Assembly: GCA_963705375.1 (NCBI GenBank)
Contig: OY970071.1
Span: forward strand, 450,001-482,000
Source of the DNA: Candidatus Saccharimonadota bacterium
GTDB lineage: Archaea; Micrarchaeota; Micrarchaeia; Micrarchaeales; Micrarchaeaceae
Direction: 5' to 3'
DNA: 32,000 nt
Each line of letters opens with the position of its first letter. Within the stretch, counting starts at the first letter, position 1. The notes under the pieces are model-generated. The model saw only the letters and a program-made list of their open reading frames with translations, searched no databases and was not told the origin of the DNA. The position numbers were made by a program, and so were the translations under genes. Of the stretch, positions 17,502-24,620 are shown piece after piece.

Positions 17502-17924
17502 TTACTCCCATGCCAAGTTAAGGCTTTTCATAAGCAGGTGCACTGATTCTTTGAGTTCGGATTCGGCCATCCCTTTATAACGATCCGTAAATATTAAAGG
17601 CACCATCGCCTCAGGAGGCATATCCGTTAGTCGGAACCTAGAGACTACTTTTGCAGCCTCTTTTATATTGTCTGGCTTTTTTGTCCTTAGAAGGCCCTCC
17701 ACAGTATCCAGTACCGGTCTCATCAACTCGTAAGGATAGGGCATGTGCATTAATTCATTTAAACTTAGTTTACTTAGTTTGGACTTCGAGAATTCATCTA
17801 AAGCCTTGTCTATCAAAGCAGTGTCGGTCTTTGCTTCATTCAAGAGGACAACAATTTTTTGAACATCCCCGAATTTAGCTTCATTCTCTTTATTCTCGAA
17901 CATGGAAATTTTTATAACTGGCAC
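17502..17924 (-). CDS. Hypothetical small soluble protein (140 aa from GTG 17924; alternative ATG at 17903)
   Basis: The only long ORF in this interval. Helical-looking and Lys/Glu/Leu-rich, with no motif I recognise. Same strand as the two upstream surface-protein genes. Confidence 0.5.
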   Translation of the reverse strand: MPVIKISMFENKENEAKFGDVQKIVVLLNEAKTDTALIDKALDEFSKSKLSKLSLNELMHMPYPYELMRPVLDTVEGLLRTKKPDNIKEAAKVVSRFRLTDMPPEAMVPLIFTDRYKGMAESELKESVHLLMKSLNLAWE

Positions 17925-18016
17925 GGTAAAACCCTTTCATATCAGATATGCCATTCAGAGATATTTATTCTTTTCTTTCGTCTGAGCCCATTTGCGGAAG
18001 ATTGGCCACCTGATTA

Positions 18017-18535
18017 TCAGGTAAGCTGCGCAGCTATGCCGCACTCCCTTAGGAACATCAGGTCACCGGACACATACAGGGTCCCGCGCCCTATGACGGT
18101 CTCGTTTTGCGTGCTGTAGTTTATGTACAGCACAGGCATGCCTTTGCTCATGTTTATGCAGCGTCCGATTCCTGTCGTCGTTGTTGCGTTCGAAGTCGAC
18201 GAGTTGTTGGAGCCGAGTCCGTACGTCGCGAATGTGCAGCTCGTCTGGTTGATTACGAAGAAGTTTATCGAACTCGATGGCCTGCGCAGACGCTCTATGA
18301 GGGCAGTAGCGCAGCTAACTGTGCTGCTGCCACCCACACCCAGAAGCGTGCCGTTGTACATCGCGAATATCGCGACGCTGTTCGCAGATACGAACGCGGT
18401 CCTGAATTCCGAGAAGCTTGGAGGCTTGGAAAGGTAAATCACCGCGATGATAGCGGCACCCAAGACTATCGCCATGCACAGCACGGCATAAAGCTGCATG
18501 TCAGACAAGCGTGCCTCTTTTTTTGATTTCTGCAT
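18017..18535 (-). CDS. N-terminally membrane-anchored protein with a 4-Cys, sequon-rich ectodomain
   Basis: TM LYAVLCMAIVLGAAIIAVIYL. The ectodomain aligns with the C-terminal domain of the upstream 690-aa protein, sharing SVAI..NGT..SCA...VI..T.C...C...MP...SG...C. Confidence 0.7.
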   Translation of the reverse strand: MQKSKKEARLSDMQLYAVLCMAIVLGAAIIAVIYLSKPPSFSEFRTAFVSANSVAIFAMYNGTLLGVGGSSTVSCATALIERLRRPSSSINFFVINQTSCTFATYGLGSNNSSTSNATTTTGIGRCINMSKGMPVLYINYSTQNETVIGRGTLYVSGDLMFLRECGIAAQLT

Positions 18536-18577
18536 TCATTCACCAGCCGAATTCGGCCACAACATCCTAATCAGACA

Positions 18578-20647
18578 TCACGGCAAGAACAGAGCGCCAA
18601 GAGCGCATGAAGAGCCTGAAGCGGCTGCGCCACTTGCATACAGGACATGGCCGTACATGCCACGGTAGACTATGCTCGAGTTCCCGCCGCTTATGAACAC
18701 GATCGGCATGCGTCCTGCGACACTGCCTGTGCACGCTCCGACAAAGCTTGAATTTGCGCCAGAGCATGTGCCGTTGGTGATGCTTATCACATACACGGTC
18801 TTGCCTGTGCTGTTAAGAGAGGCTTCGACAGAGCTTGCGCATGAGAACGCGCCAGCACCTGTGCCGTTCAGCATTATCGCAACGCTCTTGCTTGCCGTCA
18901 CTGCGTTAAGGAAGCCCGAAACAGGCAGCAGCGTGTTAGCGCCGCTTGCAGCAAGATACGTCTCAGCAACATAAACGATGAGCGCTATGCCCATCAGCAC
19001 GAAGAGCACGCGCCACGCCGTCCTTGCGCGCCTGTGGAATTTGATCCTGTTCTTGCTCTTCAGCCTGTGATAAACGCCGAAATAGAAAAGCAGCACGATG
19101 GCGGCGCCGATGACCAGCGAGATGGCTGTCGCGAGCAGCACGGCATTCGAATTCTTAGCGCTAAGAGCAGAGGCACCTCCAAGCGCCATGCCGATCATGG
19201 CACCGTCGAATGCCTTGGCCACTGATCCTAGATTGAACGTCATGACGCTAAGGCCGGCATTGACCGATCTCAGCTCTGACAGCACAGAAGGTAGCTGGCT
19301 GGAGTTGACACCTGCATCGATCCGTGCATTTAGTTCCTGCTGCTCAATGGAGAGTCTGGCTATGCTTGCAGGAATGCGCTCGTAGCTTAGTCCATACATG
19401 TCAAGCAGGCGATTGTTGCTCTGCTCCAGATTGTACACAGGCAGGAATGCCGCGTAGGCTCTTGAGTATGCAATGTTTATGTTCGAGAGCGCATTGACCA
19501 TCATAACGTTCGCGTACGTCATGTTCTGGCTTGGGCCAGAGCCGAGTATTGTCGCAAATGCGCTTTTGAGCGTGCCCAACGATGTCGCAAGCACTGAATT
19601 GCTGAACATGTTTAGGAGTGTCTGAGATTTCTGAACGGTCAGATTGTACCGTGGCTCTGTCGCATTAAGGAATGCGCTGAACGATGCGTTCTCCTGTCTA
19701 GAGACCACAGCCAGGACATAGCCCCTTGCTATCGATGAAGAGTTGGCGCTAGTTGCGCTCAGCCCTGCGCTCGAGAGCGGCGATGCCTGCAGCGCTGTCA
19801 CAGTCGACTGCATGCCAGAAAGCAGAGTGGAGTTGAAACTCACATACTTGCAAAGGCCGACGTCAACACAGTACCAGGGCTGGTTGTAGTTGCTATATGC
19901 GCCGCATGAAGCATAAAGCGATCCGAAGTTTGTGTTCGAAGGCAGCGGGAATAGGGGGTTCTGCGGCATGGCCACGGATATTGTGCTTATCGTAGACAGC
20001 ACGCCAGAGAGTGTCGATATAGAGGTGCTTATGCTTGAAGGGCTTAGCGCAGACAGCGTTGAGAAGTATGTGCTGTAGCTCGCGTTGAGCTGCACATACT
20101 GGCTGGAGAAGGTCGTTATGCCGTTGACGAAAGGGTACGCGTCCTGGCTTCCAGGACCTCCAAGAGAGGATATGACTGCGCTGCAGATCGGTACTGTCCT
20201 GCACGAGAAGCAGCTGTTGGCCGTAGTGCAATTGAACCTGTTAAGGCCAGTCTCCTCCAGGCAATCTCCGATACTGCTTGAGCTCCCGTCACGGTACGCG
20301 CGCATAGAGGTGTTGAGATAGTCAAGTGTGCTCTGATTCGGGTAGTACCTGCCAAGGACGAACGGCCACAAGACTCTGCTTATGTTAGAAGATGCGAGCA
20401 TGATCGAATATGCATGGCCCGTTGTGTTTATCACGACGAACCTGTTGGAACCGGCGCTTAGCTGCATTATGACGTATGTGCTTCTGCTCAGCGTCATGTT
20501 GTAGTAAGAGGCACTCTGCAGCGTTGCATTGGGTATGTACGTCGAGAGATATCCTCGCAGTGACGAGTTCAGGCCTATGCTTCCAGCGCACGCCTGAGAC
20601 GCAATAAGAACGAGTGTCAACACCAGCACATTTATGAATTTAGCCAT
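18578..20647 (-). CDS. Large sequon-rich surface glycoprotein: signal peptide, ~500-aa ectodomain, two TM helices, C-terminal 4-Cys ectodomain
   Basis: Start moved from the track's 20782 to ATG 20647 (MAKFINVLVLTLVLIASQACAGS, a signal peptide downstream of the TATA at 20691-20699). Basic loop HRLKSKNRIKFHRRARTAWR lies between the hydrophobic segments LLATAISLVIGAAIVLLFYFGVY and VLFVLMGIALIVYVA. Many N-x-S/T sites. Confidence 0.75.
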   Translation of the reverse strand: MAKFINVLVLTLVLIASQACAGSIGLNSSLRGYLSTYIPNATLQSASYYNMTLSRSTYVIMQLSAGSNRFVVINTTGHAYSIMLASSNISRVLWPFVLGRYYPNQSTLDYLNTSMRAYRDGSSSSIGDCLEETGLNRFNCTTANSCFSCRTVPICSAVISSLGGPGSQDAYPFVNGITTFSSQYVQLNASYSTYFSTLSALSPSSISTSISTLSGVLSTISTISVAMPQNPLFPLPSNTNFGSLYASCGAYSNYNQPWYCVDVGLCKYVSFNSTLLSGMQSTVTALQASPLSSAGLSATSANSSSIARGYVLAVVSRQENASFSAFLNATEPRYNLTVQKSQTLLNMFSNSVLATSLGTLKSAFATILGSGPSQNMTYANVMMVNALSNINIAYSRAYAAFLPVYNLEQSNNRLLDMYGLSYERIPASIARLSIEQQELNARIDAGVNSSQLPSVLSELRSVNAGLSVMTFNLGSVAKAFDGAMIGMALGGASALSAKNSNAVLLATAISLVIGAAIVLLFYFGVYHRLKSKNRIKFHRRARTAWRVLFVLMGIALIVYVAETYLAASGANTLLPVSGFLNAVTASKSVAIMLNGTGAGAFSCASSVEASLNSTGKTVYVISITNGTCSGANSSFVGACTGSVAGRMPIVFISGGNSSIVYRGMYGHVLYASGAAASGSSCALGALFLP

Positions 20648-20665
20648 TGATTCGCCGTCGGTATT

Positions 20666-20685
20666 TATTGCATGGTATTGCATGG
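20666..20685. repeat. Perfect 2 x 10-bp tandem repeat in the 5' region of the 690-aa surface-protein gene
   Basis: tattgcatgg tattgcatgg, located between the TATA (atttataaa on the minus strand, 20691-20699) and ATG 20647. Confidence 0.8.
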
Positions 20686-20920
20686 CAAGGTTTATAAATA
20701 TGAGTTGCATTTTTGGAAAATTATCAGAAATGTCTTCCAAACAGAGCAGATCTATGCAGATACGCGAAGACTGTGTGAGCATAACAAAGACTGTTTATGC
20801 TGCGCACCATGCCTTGCGCCAGAATCGATGCAAGAGAGTCGAATCCTGCGCTGAAAGATATGAAGCTTCGGTGCGCATCGCGGCAATTGCGCGTCCTTGA
20901 AGCAGTGTTGCAACTGGGTA

Positions 20921-20986
20921 TGAAAAAATAAAAGGAAAATAGAAAAGGAAGAGAAAAAAAGAAGAAAAAGCAGCTGCAACTGCAGC
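20921..20986 (-). terminator. Transcription terminator of the S-layer gene: hairpin followed by a long oligo-T tract
   Basis: On the minus strand, hairpin gctgc-agtt-gcagc (20986..20973) is followed by about 50 nt of T-rich sequence (tttttcttctttttttctcttccttttctattttccttttatttttt, 20969..20921). Archaeal termination at oligo-T is established. Confidence 0.7.
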
Positions 20987-21018
20987 CGCTTTTCGGTAGC
21001 TTTTCAGCCGCTTTTCAG
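20986..21018. repeat. 3 x 11-bp tandem repeat spanning the S-layer stop codon
   Basis: ccgcttttcgg / tagcttttcag / ccgcttttcag. The third unit contains the stop (tca on +, 21015-21017). Confidence 0.75.
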
Positions 21019-24000
21019 CTGTGTGCAGCTTGTGCGTACAACTGTGCTATGAACGCATTCGCCGACGCAGTAGTCTGGTTCGCATAGTATCCAGCTATCA
21101 GGACACGGTTTGTGCCATATGCCTGCATTATCTGCGTTGTTGGCATCATTGACACATTGTATGCCCTCTGGAGCTGTGCGCTCAGTGCGTTGACATAGCC
21201 GCTTCCGACCAGTATCAGGTTGCTGGCAGGGTTTGCCGCAGCGTCGAGCACCACGAGTGGCGTCGTCATGTTCTTCAGCAATACTGGCTCTGTTGCCATG
21301 CTGACACTTGGCGTCGCTGTGATGTTGCCTACGCCCGTTATTGCATAGGTAGACTTGCCGCTAAGCACTGGAGTCGCGTTTATCTTCGATACTGATAGGT
21401 TTGCGAACCCTGTGACCGGTTGGCCGATGCCGAATGGGCCGATTGTCCTCGAGCCGACGGTCTCGACTGTGCTGTTCGCTGGGCCTATCGCGAATTGCAG
21501 GTAGTCCTGAGTCTTTGCCAGGTCTACTGTCACCACTGATGGTGTTATGCTCGCGACTTTGCTGCCACGCTCTGACCTGAAGCCTGTCTGCGCAAGCATT
21601 GTTGTCGCAATGCTTGACGAGTAGGTCATGTTCAGGCGGTTTCCTACCGTGTTGGTTGTGCTAGCAGAGTAGTTCAGTTGGAACTCAGGGGACACTCCGA
21701 CACCTCCAGATGCGTTGACTATTCCGAATGCGAACGAGTCGAACGCCACAGAGTTTGAAGGTATGGATACCTCGTTCATTGTGTACGTGAAATACTGCTG
21801 CAGACCTGCCGCTGTAATTGGCGCTGAGATTGCGGGGAATGTGCTAGCAATGTTGAATGTGCTTTGCAGTTGTCCGTTCTGTGGGTTGTAGGTCACAGGA
21901 TATGTCGCTGCGCTCACCATTGCGTCGTACGATGGGCTGGATTGTGGATAGTAGATACCCGCGTTGTTTACGAAGGCGTTAGTCAGCGTGCCGAGAACCA
22001 CAACGTTAGCAGTGTTGCTGCCTATTGTGTTCGCCACTACGTTTATGGTCATTGGACCTGGTAGTGCTCTCGTCTGGAGGGCTATGCTGGTTATGTTGTA
22101 GAACTTGACGTGTGTTGCTACACCGACTGGGGAGTTTTGTGTGGTTGATGTGAACTGCACAGAGTCAGAAGCCAGCGTGTTTGACGGGTATGTGTAACCC
22201 TGCAGCTGCACTGTGAGCTGCTGCGTGCTTGAGACCCACGCACCGCCCGCTCCTCCGCTAGGTCCTGCGCCTCCGAATGTTAGCACCACGTTGTCCGTTG
22301 TGCCGCCGCTAGTTGTCGGTACTACACCGGAACCAGCAACTGGTCCAGCACCTACGTTCAGGGTGTTGACTGTTGTTCCTGGACCGTTCTTCAGTTGGTA
22401 TGGCGTAAGGTCATATGTGACGCTGGAACCAGTCTGACCCGCATATGTGAATGCGTTCGGTATCTGGCTTGTCACTGTGAGCACTTGCGATGCCTCTGTT
22501 ATGTTGGATATACCAGAAGTTGCAGAGTATCCGGCGTTTGCATATTGTAGGTTCGTTATAGAGGATGTTGCCGCAGTCACTGCATCGAAGTTGTTGAAGG
22601 TGTCTGGCAGGAATGTGAGCTTGTATACGCTCGGGTTTTGGATGAATGAGAAGCTGCTGCCTGGCGCCATCTGCTGTATCGGCGAGGCGTTGTATAGCAC
22701 TATGCCTTTGAGTGCCACTGCGTTTGCCGAACCAGAGGTTGACGATGTGTTTGTCCAGAACAGTGTTGCAGTCCATCCGGGGTTTGTTGTCTGGTTGAAT
22801 GCCTTGCCGTTCGTCACGTTGAAGACGTTGGAGTAGAGCTGGACCTTTGCCCACTTTTCATAGGCATAGTATCCTGCGAACGTCTGGTTGACGTGCACAA
22901 AGAGTGTGTGTCCGCTGATGTTGAAGGACGCAGTCTTCGGCGGCTGTATTGCGGATGTTGTGTTCAGTGCGCCATTATAGTATATTGCCAGTTCGGCTGG
23001 GCTGAATCCGCTGGAGTTGACTCCAAGGTCTTGCAGCTGGACTGTGAATGGCCCGCTTGTCATGTTCTGGCCGATTGACAATGTAGTCAATGGTGACAGA
23101 GATGATGCAAGCTGGAGTCCGCCTCCGTTGATCACGTTGGATGATCCCGGGTTGCTTGCCATGCCATAACCTGTTATTATGGTCCAAGATTGGCCGAGCA
23201 CTTTTATTGGCACATTGATGTTCGCCGCACTCTTCTTCATTATGTTCTTATTTGAGGCAGTTCCGTTGAACTGTATGGGAGTGGCGAATGTGGCCTCGTA
23301 TGCACCGCCGGCGCTTAACAACTCAAAGTTGTTGTATGAGCTCTGCTGGTCATACACTGGGAAACCTGTTATCCATAGCGTCTCTGTCTCTCCGTGAGTC
23401 CCATAGTTGCTGAGCAGTGCTGGCAGCTGCTGGTTTGTTATTTGCATTATGTTGTCGTATTGGCTGCCTTGTTGGAATCCTGTGAAGGATACGCCTCCAC
23501 CGTTGGACCCGGCTGTTGGCAGCATGTTGAATACAGGAGAGCTTCCTGAACCTGTGTAGTATGGAGATGCTGCTGGCGTTGTCGACAACGAGTTTGCCTC
23601 AGGGTACGCATAGCTGCCTGAACCTTGCAGCGTCTTTGTGTTCTGAGCAGAACCCAAGATCACTGCGCCGTTGAGCACGGAGCCTATTAGAGCACCGAAG
23701 CTATACGAACCAGTGACGCTAGACGAGCCACTGACGTTCATGTACACTTGTGGGTTAGCCAAAGTATACGCCGCGTTTGTGACTGAGACGCCGAGAACCT
23801 TCATTGCCTGCGTTGCATTGACGCTTGCTGTCACCGGAATGCTGGTGTAAGCAAGGTTGCCTATTGCCGCTGCAATGTTTGCCGCTGCAACACCATCGCT
23901 GGCTTTGGCGCTTGATCCTACAACCACCTGCACTACGGGTTGGCCACTATTGCTGATTATCGGAACGTTCTGGAAGGTCACTGGACCTGCGAACGCAAGA

Positions 24001-24065
24001 CCGATACCAAGGAGAGCCGCACCTGCGACTACTGTTGCTATCCTCTTTGCATTTAGGGATTTCAT
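21015..24065 (-). CDS. S-layer (surface array) glycoprotein, 1016 aa
   Basis: Signal peptide MKSLNAKRIATVVAGAALLGIGLAFAG. N-terminal block VVQVVVGSSAKASDGVAAANIAAAIGNLAY and C-terminal LILVGSGYVNALSAQLQ...VLIAGYYANQT resemble the archaeal S_layer_N/S_layer_C organisation. Very many N-x-S/T sequons. SD-like GTGAT lies 3 nt before the ATG, with TATA tttaaata about 45 nt upstream. Confidence 0.8.
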   Translation of the reverse strand: MKSLNAKRIATVVAGAALLGIGLAFAGPVTFQNVPIISNSGQPVVQVVVGSSAKASDGVAAANIAAAIGNLAYTSIPVTASVNATQAMKVLGVSVTNAAYTLANPQVYMNVSGSSSVTGSYSFGALIGSVLNGAVILGSAQNTKTLQGSGSYAYPEANSLSTTPAASPYYTGSGSSPVFNMLPTAGSNGGGVSFTGFQQGSQYDNIMQITNQQLPALLSNYGTHGETETLWITGFPVYDQQSSYNNFELLSAGGAYEATFATPIQFNGTASNKNIMKKSAANINVPIKVLGQSWTIITGYGMASNPGSSNVINGGGLQLASSLSPLTTLSIGQNMTSGPFTVQLQDLGVNSSGFSPAELAIYYNGALNTTSAIQPPKTASFNISGHTLFVHVNQTFAGYYAYEKWAKVQLYSNVFNVTNGKAFNQTTNPGWTATLFWTNTSSTSGSANAVALKGIVLYNASPIQQMAPGSSFSFIQNPSVYKLTFLPDTFNNFDAVTAATSSITNLQYANAGYSATSGISNITEASQVLTVTSQIPNAFTYAGQTGSSVTYDLTPYQLKNGPGTTVNTLNVGAGPVAGSGVVPTTSGGTTDNVVLTFGGAGPSGGAGGAWVSSTQQLTVQLQGYTYPSNTLASDSVQFTSTTQNSPVGVATHVKFYNITSIALQTRALPGPMTINVVANTIGSNTANVVVLGTLTNAFVNNAGIYYPQSSPSYDAMVSAATYPVTYNPQNGQLQSTFNIASTFPAISAPITAAGLQQYFTYTMNEVSIPSNSVAFDSFAFGIVNASGGVGVSPEFQLNYSASTTNTVGNRLNMTYSSSIATTMLAQTGFRSERGSKVASITPSVVTVDLAKTQDYLQFAIGPANSTVETVGSRTIGPFGIGQPVTGFANLSVSKINATPVLSGKSTYAITGVGNITATPSVSMATEPVLLKNMTTPLVVLDAAANPASNLILVGSGYVNALSAQLQRAYNVSMMPTTQIMQAYGTNRVLIAGYYANQTTASANAFIAQLYAQAAHS

Positions 24066-24620
24066 TCTATCACATTTACATTAAGTGTGAACGCTTAATG
24101 AAAGTAAGGTATTTAAACACATGCGCTATCTATAACATTTCTTTTATAAATTCCGTTTTATACTTCGTTGATTGCCATACATGCCATATTCCTTTAACGT
24201 ACACATCCCTCGAAAGGGAAAAATGACCCCTTGCGCACTGCACACCATGACCTTGAAGCTTGCGCATGTGAATGTGACACGGAAACACGTGGCACGGTTG
24301 CCTGTGACGGCACGTTCATTTATGTGGTTGTAGCGCAAGACAATATACATATACTATATATTATGCCTTGCCTGCCGTGCAGGAAACCGCATCCGCCTGT
24401 GCCGCTTGCTTTAGGGGCATACGGCCTCCAGGACTTGCGGTAAGTTTAATCGGCTTGCTGCTTTTGATAATCTCCACACCAAGGACAAGTCCGATAAGAG
24501 GCAAGCAAACATAACGTTTGCAGGCATACAACGCAAGCACCCGACAACACAAAGTTGCACGTTGCGGCTTGAAGAATCGGTTTAAAAGCTTTAACACAGT
24601 AAACCTATGATTCTGATTCC

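Noticed and set aside
20648-20782. Upstream extension of the 690-aa surface protein to the track start (MLTQSSRICIDLL...).
   Set aside because: The extension runs through the TATA box and tandem repeat and has no signal-peptide character. ATG 20647 starts a textbook signal peptide.
20752-20979. 75-aa minus-strand ORF MQLLFLLFFSSFSIFLLFF... downstream of the S-layer gene.
   Set aside because: It is simply the translation of the oligo-T terminator tract and the following promoter region.
24035-24597. Four 63-78-aa ORFs in the S-layer/aglB spacer.
   Set aside because: They mutually overlap on both strands, several lack ATG starts, their composition is Cys/His/Arg-rich, and none has a correctly spaced TATA or SD.
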